NCBI GenBank assembly: GCA_027604505.1
Contig: JADIIX010000033.1
Span: forward strand, 124,001-179,169
Source of the DNA: Gonapodya sp. JEL0774
Taxonomy: Eukaryota
Reading direction: 5' to 3'
DNA: 55,169 bases
Position numbers and translations under genes: made by a program. How positions within the stretch are numbered: the first letter of the stretch is position 1; each line of letters starts with the position of its first letter. Of this stretch, positions 24,701 to 37,151 are shown piece after piece. Under the pieces are notes generated by a model. The model was not told where the DNA came from and ran no database searches. It worked only from the letters and a program-made list of their open reading frames with translations.

Positions 24701-27618
24701 CGACCGTGATCAGCAACCGCCCGCATGGGCGAAAGTTCGCTGGGACCAAGGTTCTGAGGACGATCGCTACAATTTTTTCTACAGGTTCGTGCCTAGACAT
24801 ACCTCTCTGAACACTGCAAAGATGGCTGATCATGATATCAATTCCTTAGATATCACTCAGGATTTGATGACGATGTAGTGCGTTATACTGACGCTAAGCG
24901 CCACGAAATGAGTGATCCCCCTGCTGACTCTGTGTCAAACACCTGCAGAAAGCATGAGTGGTGCGAGTGCTGCAACTCAAAAACTTTAAAACGTCGGGAC
25001 ACGGTAGAAGCTCACCTTATCAGATCGGACGGATCTGAAAATGTGGTTGGAGTGCGTGTTAAAGGCATGCCAATTTTTTTGCATGATTATGTCTATGTGG
25101 ATTCGGGCGAGAAGGAAACGCCTTTCAGGATCGGTCTCGTTGAATCTTTCCGATCTCCCAAGTCGAAACTCGTTATTGGATCAGACAATGGGACTCGTGC
25201 TCTTCGGGTTGATTGGAGTGAGGATGTGGCTAAAACCGGTATTCGCGTCAAGCTTCGGATGCTCCGCAGAGCAGACGAAATTTTGCACATGCGGAAGAGC
25301 CGTGAAGCAAAACGACGCGAGCAAACTGTTTTAGATAGCCTTCCAGAGGACGAGCATCAGATGAGAGACATGCGTCATCTCTTTTTCACAAATGACTTCG
25401 AGAACATTGATCTTTCAAAGTTGTCAGGGGTGTGCTGGGTTTCACATCGCTCTGTGATTGGAGAGTCTGAAGAAGCGCTGACACAGTACAAGCTGGAAGA
25501 CGTGAACAACTTCTGGGTCGGGGAGAAGCTCGTCTCAAGCGACAAAACGGAACCCCTGCCTGCATCAGCTTACCAGTTCAGTGTGCGGCGACAGCGCATC
25601 AGGGAGTTTGAGTCGAAGCTAAAGGACAGTTATCAGAGATCTGCGCACAAGCCCCTGAAAGCGATGGATCTATTCGCTGGATGTGGTGGTCTCACTTGTG
25701 GACTCGAGCTGTCTGGCGCACTGGAAACTCTCTGGGCGGTGGAATGTGATGTAGCGGCGGCAATGACTTTCAAGTGAGTGATTGAAGAGATTGAAGTAAT
25801 ATTTCAGCAAGAATCGAGTGCAAAATTAAACATATGTCCCCCAGAAAAAACTTCCCCCAGGCTACAGTCTTTAATCAAGATATCAATATCCTCCTCGAGA
25901 GGGCGTGGAAACGAGATAAGCTCAACGACCCTCACCCTGACCGTCTCAAGAGCGCAGACGGCCAATATATCGATGATTTGCCGCCAGCAGGGAGTGTGGA
26001 ATTTTTATATGGTGGACCCCCATGGTACGCACGGCTGACGAACTAGAAGGGATTTCACTCGCGGATGACTGCTGATTGACTCCCATAACAGCCAAGGTTT
26101 CTCTCGCATGAATCGCTGGAAGAAAGTTGATGACATGAAGAACGCTCTTATCCCCACGTTCATGTCCTTCGTGGACATGTACAACCACCCCAACTTCAAA
26201 GGCTTTTTGGTGGAGAACGTCGCAGATATTCTGCTGTTCAAGCCCGGTGGTGTACAGGTCGGAGTGAACAAGATGGAAGGTGGTGTTGAACAAGGGGTTG
26301 TGAAGTTCATGGTGCGGGCGGCTCTGGACATGGAGTGAGTTGGAGATGCACACGTCAATCCTCGTTAACCGTCACTAACTCATTGGTCCCATCACCGCAG
26401 CTTTGAAGTGAGCGTTGTAATCTTACAGGCAGCCTATCACGGTGTTCCGCAGAACCGCCGGCGATGTTTTGTGCAAGGGTATCGACGAGGCGAGAAGACC
26501 ACACTTCCCGATTGGCCTAAGCCGTTTCACTGTATGGAAGGTGCTTCAGCAAAGCGGAGTTCCGGCGGCACCACTAAAATTTCCAGTTGCCACGGTGGTG
26601 AGGACACTTCATTCAATTACTATGACGGCTTCGCCGGAGCGCCACACCGCGCGCTTACGATCCGAGACACGTGCTCTGATCTTCCTGGCTTTGAATACAC
26701 CAATCCGTACAAAGTAATTCCTGCCACTGAAGAGAACAAGTGCTATGATCAAGATAGGAAGAAATTGTTCCCTTCGTACTCCGAGGATGTGATTTTGAGA
26801 GAGGGCTATGGTGGAGAAATGCATCAGCCATTTCCGAAAAAGCCCCTCACTCTCTATCAATCGAGAATACGTAATGGTGCCACGACCTTGCACAACCACG
26901 TCGTCAAGTTGTACAAGAGTATTGTGACTGAGAGGGTTTGTTGTGTCGGAATGTATCCTGGAGCTGATCACCATAGTATGTCGCTCGATCCACGCCATTA
27001 TTTGTGGCAATTGGCCCTGAATCTACTTTTTTTTGTCAGGTTTACCCAAAGAATTGGCGGGCGAAACTTTGTATTGCCTCCAAGGTGAGGGATCTGCCAA
27101 GGACAAGCACAACGGCTGGAAAGGTCTGTACGGACGTTTGGACTACGACAAGGCTTTCAAAACAATCACCACCGATGTAAATCCAGTGAATGTTCAAGGA
27201 GTGAGTTCTGAAAAGACTACGTTCCATGAGTAGTTGGTCGGTGGATCGTCTTTAATTTCAACAATGAATGCAGACGGTCTTGCACCCTACTCAACGACGC
27301 GTAGTGTCTGTCCGAGAGAACGCTCGTGCTCAAGGTTTTCCCGATACTTTCGTGTTTTGCGCGACCACTATGGTCAGGCAGGGGTCGGAATTACCTGTTG
27401 TGAAAGACATGTATCGGCAAATCGGCAACGCTGTTCCTGTACCTTTGGCCGAGGCTATTGGCTCTAAGATCAAGGACGCTATGTTTAATTCATGGGAACG
27501 CACACAAGGGCACGTTGGCCATGTTTGGAAGGAAGGTGGACGTCCTACCGGAAAAGAGACTGCTGCAGAAACACAAGAGGAAGAGCCAGTTGATACGGGG
27601 GATGAGATGGAAGAATAG
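21779..27618 (+). CDS. DNMT1: DNMT1/Masc2-type cytosine-5 DNA methyltransferase (RFTS-like domain, two BAH domains, catalytic domain)
   Basis: Motif [16 protein letters not shown]; motif IV YGGPPC|QGFS, split by an intron at ~26024-26090; motif VI LVENV; motif [13 protein letters not shown]; motifs [34 protein letters not shown]-like [33 protein letters not shown]-like LEVGNYV..AHVRWF and LHDYVYV..PFRIGLV. Confidence 0.93.
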
Positions 27619-27795
27619 AATTATTTGCTTTATCACATGATTACACAATTTCTTGGTTTGGTTTCGATACGGTGAGTCTGAATGCAGGTGTGGGTACGGC
27701 CTCGGCAAAACCAGGGAGTCCGCTCCTCCAGCCAGAGGGATTGAACTGCATCTGTCCAATCACGAATTGTCTTGGGACTAAAGAGCCCAATAGGG

Positions 27796-30700
27796 ATGTC
27801 GAAACCGACGACCACGGGGTCAATCCAGACGTCGCTCCCCCGTAAGCTGTCCACGTCCTCGGTTCATTCCCCAACCTCTGCACCATATGATGTCTTCATT
27901 CGCAACGCGTTGGAACTGTTGGTGAAGGAGTCGCGGAAGAATCCGCCACTTAGGGAAGCGTCGAAGAAAGCTTTAGGTGGGCTGTCCCATAATTTGTCGC
28001 GTTCCCCTTACGCAAAGGGCTCAAAATGTGTTCGACGAAATGGCTGCAGTCGCTCTTGGAACTGCTCCCCCCCATCCCACCACATCCAAGGAGAGCATCA
28101 GCTCACCTGAGCACGTACCGCCTACACCAGAAACGCTGGAAGCCATCTTTGTTGCCTTTCAGATTGCATGTCAGTCACGAAGCACAGCTATAGCCAGCAT
28201 TGCAATCGACTGTCTGGGGAAACTTTTCACTTACAACTACTGGGGAACGAACTCAGATCCAGTCCTTGCGCAGTATGAGCACGGGGTACGAATCAGCGAG
28301 GACACAGACTTGGAGGACAATATCACCAAAAAGCCGAATTCTGCAACAACTTCTAAAGTTGCTGAAGATGCTGGGAAGCCCCGGACTTACATTGACAGAG
28401 TTATAGACCTCATTTGTGATGGCTCTCTTCAGGAAGGCTCCGATGAGAAACTACAGCTCCAGATAATCAAGGTGAGGCTGTGAATGTGCGTCATTCAGCA
28501 CTTTCCATCCAACACATGAATCAACATTAGGCCCTGTCCGCCGCCTGCTCCTCCACAAATCCCTCTTCTACTCTACATACTTCTTCCCTTCTGCGTGCTA
28601 TTCGCACAGCTTACAACATTTTCTTGCTCGCCAGAGACGCCAATACCCAGATTGTGGCCCAAGCTGCGCTATCGCAAATTATTTCGGGAGTCTTTGCTCG
28701 TGTCAACCGGCATCCAATCATAGACATCATTCCTGAAGAGCCTCCTCAGCCTGCGAGTGGTCGCAATAGCGTCGTCAATTCCGCGCAAGCTTCCAGAGAC
28801 GATGTCCGAACCTCCAGTATGGTGGGACGGGACACCGAGAATGGGGCTGCGGTGAACACTTCGTTAGGTGGAGGCGCTGTGGAGGAACCACGAGATGGGG
28901 GCGGTGCAGAAATTTCATCGGGAAGTGAGGAGGACAATGTTCAAGGTGATGCAACCAACGAGGTTCCATCGCCCACTTCGGAACAACCTGCAATAGAGAG
29001 AGATAATGACGTGAAACGAGCCATGGATTCTCCTGTAGCTAATACTCCATCGGCTACTGTGCCCACCCTTTCCATCAATGGTGATGCGGACACACAGACT
29101 ACCACAACGGATCAAGGGACACCGACCTCTGCTGACCAATCCACACTCAGTGCTGGAAGTACTGGCAGTGGTGACGCACAATCCGTGCTTTCTAGCGCGA
29201 CGGCTGTGAACAAAGCATTGCCAGAATTAAGAAACAGCCTTGCCTTCGACTCGCGACCGCCAAGTCCAATGCCATCCCATATTGCTGCTGGAGCAAGGGA
29301 TTCGGTCAGAGGAACGAACAGTGTCGATAGCTTGTAAGTGACGTTGTTCCTTTGAATTTGAAAGTGTACAGGCTCAAATGGATGTGCAATCGTAGCCAAA
29401 CGACTATAACTGACGAAGATCCTCGCCGACGTGGCTCACCGGAACCAAAGCGGGCGATCCGGCGAGCCGAAAGCTACGATGATTTGCTTGTCAAGGATGC
29501 TTTCTTGGTTTTCAGGGCTTTGTGCAAGCTGAGCATGAAAGGAGTGCCAGGGACAGACGGGTGCGTTCTGAGAATATTAATTGTCCGCCTCAGTATCGAT
29601 GAGTGTTGCTGGAAAATCTGTTCTCATCTGTTCTCGAATTTCAACTGCCACCTTTCACAGCGGAGCAATCGATCTCAAGTCCCAGGCGATGCGCTCAAAA
29701 CTACTAGCCTTGCACCTTATCAACTCAATTCTAGCTTCTCAGATGTCGTTGTTTCTTGTACCGTCCCCCATTCTGTTTTCTTCCCCTCAATCTCATCCAC
29801 GTCATTTGCAGTTCGTCCAAGCTGTCAAACAGTATATTTGTCTCAGCCTCACCCGTAACGCGGCTAGCCCCATACCTCAGGTATTTGACATCAGCTTGGA
29901 AATTTTTGCGAAACTTGTGGTTGGGTTGCGGCAGCAGTTGAAAGTGAGTTACTGTCATTCCGCAGGCGGCCAATGCTGTGCTCACATTCTTGTTTTCTGC
30001 ATGAACAGAAAGAACTTGCAGTGCTCTTCACAGAGCTCATACTCCCTATTCTGGAATCAAGACAGTCTGTGACCTTTCATCAGCGTCTTTCGCTGCTCCG
30101 TGCCCTTCTTCGCATATTCAACGATACTCAAGAGGGAGCTGCTGTTTTGGTCGAAATCTATTTGAACTATGATTGTGACCCAGAAGCAAGTGGCCGTGAA
30201 AACGTTTGGGAGAGAATGGTCAACGCATTAAGTAAGGTAGTCAGTTGGACTGCGATTGAGGCGCTCCAGCAACAACAACAACAGCTAGACAAGGCACCTG
30301 GAAATTCTACACTGGCTCTTCAAAACTTTGGTGTAAAGGCTGGATTCGCACCTGCCATAACCACAGCTACCCTCACAACACTCACGAAAGACCAGACAAG
30401 AGAGATGTTTTCAATAGGAGGTGACTACACTGAGCTCAGAAAACGCACTTTGGAAATCTTGGTCAGAGGCATTCTTGCTGGGCTCGTGAGCTGGTGTGGA
30501 ACTCGTGGTGGCTTCGCTCTAAGCGACAAGGACAGGAAGGACAAGGACAAAGAACGCAGTTCACTCGATCAGGATAGAAGGACGGCTCCTGGGAAGGATG
30601 CTGACGAAGACATTGGTGGTGGTGGCCTCGGCCTGATGTCGACCCCGCCAACCCCGGCAGCGATTGTAGATGATCCAGCGCAGTTTGAGAACTTGAAGCA

Positions 30701-33700
30701 TCGCAAGCAGATTTTGCAAGAAGGCATTCGCAAATTTAATTTCAAACCGAAGAAGGTCTGGTTCGAAACAGTCAAATAGGTAACCTAGGACAAAAATGTC
30801 GCTGAGACTACCCGCCATTATCACCTACAGGGTATGCAAGTTTTGCTCGATTCCAAGTGTATTCCTGCCCGCACTCCGCGAGACATCGGACGCTTCTTGC
30901 TGTTCACCGAGGGGCTTGACAAGAAAATGATTGGAGAGTTCCTGGGAGAAGGGTGAGCTGTGTTGCTACATTACATTTGCTTTGGTGTTTGGCATAATGT
31001 TAGGGTGGTACCGGAATTCTAGGGACGAGGAAAACATATCAATCATGCACGCTTTTGTCGACGAAATGGAATTCACGAACATGAAGTTTGTGGATGCTCT
31101 CAGACACTTCTTGCAAGCTTTTCGACTGCCCGGCGAAGCTCAGAAAATTGATCGATTCATGCTGAAGTTTGCCGAGCGATATCTCAAGGGTAACCCTACT
31201 CAATTTTCAAATGCCGGTGAGTGATGATTAATAGTTGAGGGTGACGTTGAAATCGCTCGACATCCCGTTTTAGATACCGCGTACGTCCTGGCATACTCGG
31301 TCATTATGCTGAACACGGATTTACACAATCCCCAAATTAAAAAGCATATGACAAAGGAGGAGTTTGTCAAGAACAATCGAGGCATTGACGATGGGAAAGA
31401 TCTTTCAAGGGAGTTTTTGGAAGGGATCTATGATCACATTTTGACAAACGAGATAAGGATGAAAGAAGAAATGGAGAGGTCCGGTAAGGGTGCGGGTGAT
31501 ACTGACGGCAAAGACGACGATTCATTTTCACGAAATGGCCGCTCACTGGCTAGTGAGACCATTGCGATGAAAACAGAGGTAACTTTTTTTACGCAGCTCT
31601 TCGTGTCCCACGTTTTCATGCGTTTGCTTCGTCACAGGCCGTTTTCGCAAAAATGCTCAAAGCTCGAAAGAGAGTTGGGACTCAAAATCAAATGTTGTCA
31701 AGCGAAATTGGGGCTTCTGCTGGTGTAAGCAGCACTTGGTTCTCGGCCACGCACTACGAGCACGTGAGGTCAATGTTTGATTTGGTTTGGACACCTTTGT
31801 TAGCTGGAGTCAGTGGCCCACTTCAGGACACGGAGGTTTGTTCTCATTTGACGTTCGGTTGCTTTCTTGCACGTATGTCATTCGTAACTATGTGTTAGGA
31901 CGTGGAGACAATCAATCTCTCATTGGAGGGTTTAAAATACGCCATTCGCATCGCCTGCTTGTTTAACATGGATCTCGAGCGAAGAGCCTTTATGTCAACT
32001 CTATCTCGGCTTACGATGCTTCCCACGGTCAAAGAAATGCGACCAAAGAATCTGGAGGCCATTCGTCAACTTTTAGAGGTTGCATGGCTAGAAGGGAACA
32101 ATCTCGTCGAGAGTTGGAAGGACGTTTGCATGTGCATAAGTCAATTAGAAAAATTGTCACTTCTTGGTGGAGGGGGCCCGGAAGAAGCACTTAGAAAGCA
32201 AACTCCAGGAGAAAGGAGTAAGAATGGGAAGCAAACGTTTGCCGACGAAGTTGCTTCTGACAGCACCTCCCAGCTGTTGGTCGTTGCTGTTGATCGCATT
32301 TTTACAAGCAGTGTCAAACTATCTGGAGTGAGCAGGTCGCCTACGCAATTTGACTTTGGACCTTCGTTGATCGAATGATTTATTTCTCTTTCCAGCCCGC
32401 AATCACAGAGTTTGCGACGGCGCTTTGTCAAGTGTCATGGGATGAAATTCAATCTTCTGCGCAATGGGAGCATCCTCGAATGTTCTCGTTGCAAAAGCTT
32501 GTGGAGATTAGCTACTACAATATGGGTCGTATTCGAGTGGAATGGTCGAACTTATGGCACATTCTTGGGGAGCATTTTAACAAGGTTTGAATGCCTGCTT
32601 TGTGCTTTACAAGCAAGAATTTCACATACCTCGTTGCTGCTACTCTCTTCGGCTCGTGGTTTCTTTACTTTATTATAAGGTTGGCGGTCATCCAAATCGG
32701 AACGTCGCGCTGTTTGCGGTCGATCGACTACGGCAACTGGCTTTGAAGTTCTTGGAGATTGAAGAACTCCCGCACTTCAAGTTTCAGAAGGACTTCCTCA
32801 GGCCGTTTGAGATAATCTTGCAAGAGAGCACAGATATTAACATCAAAGATTTAGTGCGTGATTCGTGTTCTCATGTTAAGGTTGATCCACTTGCTAATTC
32901 TAGTGGACAAATTACACTAGGTGTTGCGATCATTGACCCAGATGATTCAAATGAAGTCTAAAAATCTTAGATCAGGTTGGAAGGCAATGCTCTTGGTGTT
33001 CACAAAGGCTGCAAGGGAGCAGACAGGTACTAGTTCATGCATGTCTCACGGGTTTTGGCACTCCTAACTAGAGATTTTGTTCGGCAGAATCTATCGTCAC
33101 TCTTGCATTTGAAACGGTGAAGAATATGCAAAAGGCTTATCTGGAAACAATCGTAGCGAGCAGTGCTTTTCCTGACTTGGTGAATTGCATGGTCGAGTTC
33201 TGTAAGAACAAGTTCTACCCCAAGACGAGGTGCTTACGCTGGATTGTCTCTTCCCGTTGTTAACCGTTGACTTCATATTCCGTCTCAAATTATTAGTCTG
33301 CAGGCAATAGAGCTTCTTCGAGGGACTATCCACAAGATGGTTGAAGTTTCTAAATCCCCCGCTTATTCCAAGTCGCAGTCGGTTGGAAGTGTATTGGAGT
33401 TATCCACGCCCACCAACATCACTTTATCGAAGGATCCTATCAGCGAGAAACCGACCGCGACAGTCCTCAATCCACTATCAGACGATCCAATGTTAAAGTT
33501 TTGGTTTCCGATGCTGTTTGGGCTGTACGAAGTGATCATGACGTGCGAGCTGGAAGTCCGAACAAGGTGATTGATAATGGTCGGGGCAGCTTTTCGTCAG
33601 AAATCTCATGTTGCGGACCAATTTTGCACCCTGTCAGAGGCTTGACGTATCTTTTTGATGCGCTCAAGTCGTATGGTGCTTCATTCACCAGAGACTTTTG

Positions 33701-35232
33701 GGATGTTGTCTGTCGCGGAGTTTTGTTGCCTATCTTTGATGACCTCCGCCTCTCGAGGTCCGAGAAAACGAAATTCGCAAATAAGGAGGACATGAGTGTC
33801 TGGTTGTCAACAACGCTTATCAAAGCGCTTCGAGAATTCATCGATTTATTTAGTTTCTACTTTGAGCTGTTGAATTTCCTTATTGACGGTGTTTTAGATC
33901 TCCTTGGAGTCTGCATTACACAAGGTGAGACTCCAATGACATCTGATCTCAACTTTGTTTAAGTCACACTCACATGGTTGTGTCGCTCTATCCCCACAAG
34001 AAAATGAAACACTGGCCCGAATCGGAAGTACTTGCCTCCAGCAATTCATCGAGAGTAACGTTTACAAAATGGATGATGCAGCCTGGGTGAAAGTTTGCAA
34101 CTGTTTTGTTAAGTTGTTCGAAGCGACTACCCCTTATGGACTGTTCGAATACCCTGGCGGCCGGCCCGCCATCGCGTCGAATGTCGAGACAGATCGAAGC
34201 GACGAGCAACTTCCACAAGAATTGCAGGAGAGCGGGACACGGAGGAGCGGTGAACACAAGAAACACGAACAATCCCTTTCGGAGGGGGAAGCGGAGTTTG
34301 ATGATGCTTCTCCATCTAAACGATCACCTGAACTAAAGATACAGACTGACTTCGAAAGATTAGAGGTGCAGCAAGGACCGGCACTCTCTGTTGTGCAAGC
34401 GCCACAGTCTCCCAAAGACAAGAAGAAAGACTTCCAACAGACTGTTATGAAATGCGTGTTACAGCTCCTCCTCATCCAAACTTTGCACGAGACTATCAAT
34501 CAAAATGACAACATATATCGGAGTTTAAAAGCTCAACATATGTTTGTCCTCCTAGATTGTCTTGACCGAAGTTACCGATTCGCACAAAAGTTCAACAACG
34601 ACACTGATCTTCGCATGGCCTTGTATCGCGGTGGTGAGGATTCGAAAGATGATTTGAGGATCAGTTATATTCAGTAATAATCTGCTTTAAACGGACCTAG
34701 GTTTCATGCAGCAATTGCCTAATTTGCTCAAGCAGGAGACGACGAGCGTCACGTCGTACATAGCTACATTGATCCGCATGTATGCGGATCCCAGTGAAGA
34801 TCGACATTCCTATGCAGCTGAGGTGGAACGGAGGCTGATTCCGTAAGTATCTTCGAGCTCAGTGGAGGAATCAATGTCATTGTCGATGACTTTGTTATTT
34901 CCTGCAGTCTCAGTCACGACATTCTGTCAGTTTACAACGGTCTCGATCCCGAGACAAAGAAACGAAACGTAATGGCATGGCGACCAGTGGTAGTAATGAT
35001 TTTGAACGCCCTCGTCAACTTTAAGGACGAGGATGTAAGTTCCGTGAGAAATTTGACCCGTCCTCAAACATCTAAATGTTTCTTGGTGTTCCACACTCAG
35101 TTCCGGAAACATATCTCTCTATTTTACGGTGACTGTGTTGACCTTTTATTACATGATATTCCACCAGAGCTGCGACTGGTATTGCATTCCGTGTTGACTC
35201 GGGTCGGCAGCAGTTACTCTATTAGCTCTTGA
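27796..35232 (+). CDS. SEC7: Sec7/BIG-family large ARF guanine nucleotide exchange factor
   Basis: DCB region ([16 protein letters not shown]), HUS region ([22 protein letters not shown]), Sec7 domain ([40 protein letters not shown]), and HDS regions ([58 protein letters not shown]). Confidence 0.96.
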
Positions 35233-35298
35233 GTCAGAGTTCTAATGATACGACACATCAGTTTGAATGATACCCATGCATGAATGAATACACGTATG

Positions 35299-36901
35299 CT
35301 ACACAGTCCACGGAGTCTCACAAACAAGTTGCATCTCTCGTAGACGATTTTCACGATCCAATGCATTTGCTTTAGTGGCCGCATCACAGTCTTCTAACCG
35401 TTTCCCACAATCTGCCCACCCAAATATTGGTGGAAGCAGTCCCGGTTTTGCCTCAAGTCGGAGAACGGCTGCCATCCACGAAAGGAATGCTGGATCTTTG
35501 TTGCCGATGTCAATGCCACGGAGCTGCTCCATGAGGGCGTCCATCCCAGCGTCCCCAAAAACAATCTCCTTTGCTTCAGTTTTGGGTTTCGAAGGAGTGT
35601 AAACAAAAGCAACCTTGTTCATTGTGCTGCAACATAATTGCTGTAAATGTAGTGGTTTAAAAAGACCTAGATACATCACATCGAAAGTCTCACCGTTGGT
35701 CTGCAAACCCTTTTGCAGCATTAAAGAACAGTTGGAAGGCTGATGGTGGATTTATTAGCACCATGCGACCAAGACGTTCGGGATACTGATAATTGGACCG
35801 TATAACGAAGTAGCTCTGTGGGCGGTTGGGTTTAATCAAGTAACATTTGGGAACTCACGTGGTCACTGAAAAGCATGAGGAACCTGATTGCATATCGAGC
35901 TTTGAAGGCTTCCTGCAGGTCGAATCCATTAAAATCCACGAGACTGTCGGTAACATCAGCATTAATCTCACGAAAAGCGACAATATTCGACATACTATAT
36001 GAATTGGCCAGATGACTTCGGAACACGCAAACTTTTCTCAATAGTCTTGAAGACGCTGAGGCACAGATGCGTTACATAGTATCGAGCAGGAGACGCTCCT
36101 TCGTGACCCGACTTACTGGATCAAACTTGCTTCAACATCGCCATAACCCATTCGCTTTTGGCATGCATACCTATCGATTGATTCAATTAGTAGGTTCGAA
36201 CTTCTCCAAAGCAACTTCTACTTGCAAGATAGGGCGATTAAGGTCATCCCAACCGACTAGAGTTCGAAAACGTTAACCAAAATAATATGTATCCCAAAAC
36301 CTGGAGGTCGCTCCCCACCTGGGAAAAAGCAGTGGGCTGCTGCGTCCTTGACACAATCTTCACACACTAGCTTCGGAAGTTTAGGGGAGCTCGGGTCCGG
36401 TTCTAAGCCGCCAAACAGCTTTCGTCTCCATTCTAAAGTGCGTTTCTTCAATGTGAATAAAACACGTATTGTGAGGCATCCTTATTGTGAATTTCTTCCC
36501 ATTTTTCTGTGTGGCTCCTCCAGTGCTTGCCACCTTCACGAGATCCGAAATTCAGCACAATCAGAAAAGACTCACTCACCAGCTGAGACAGAGCGTTCTC
36601 GATTGACCAATTTCGTGCCACTAAATACCTCAATAGAGTGACATCGGTCAAGAATTCTCGCAAGTAGCCATGTGGATCCTTGAAAGTCCGAAAGTGAGAC
36701 GGCAAAGCCAGAAGAGCATATTACTTTCAGTGAAATAGCTGAGCCTTGAATTTGTGATCAACCCACGTCAAGCAGTTCAGTGGTGTTTGAATCATCCCTC
36801 CACGTTTGTAGGACGCTGATGGCGCGCTGTTGATCCTCCGTCCAGGAATCACGATGGTAAGAAACGTAGGGAAGGTTCTCTTGTGTGAATTCAGTTGACA
36901 T
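35299..36901 (-). CDS. CRAL-TRIO (Sec14-like) lipid-binding protein
   Basis: CRAL-TRIO N-terminal signature FLTDVTLLRYLVARNWSIENALSQL, plus AHCFFPGG and LVDFNGFDL. First exon MSTEFTQENL..LLD ends at a GTGGGT donor. Internal exons approximate. Confidence 0.75.
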
Positions 36902-37151
36902 GGCAATTTATGGAAACATGCCGATCAGCTCCTCGCGCGGATGAAACAGATCCCCCGAAACGGCAACCACCCACCTCCACCCACCTTCATCTTTCTGACC
37001 CAGAACGAGCGCTGATTATGCCGATTGAAACGAAACGGGGCACAACAACGAGCGCACTAACTAATTCATATTTCCGAATAGGAGCTGCACCTATGTGGGT
37101 TTGAACTTTACAAAAATAATATATAGAGTGGCTTTGTGCTTCACAAGGTTG

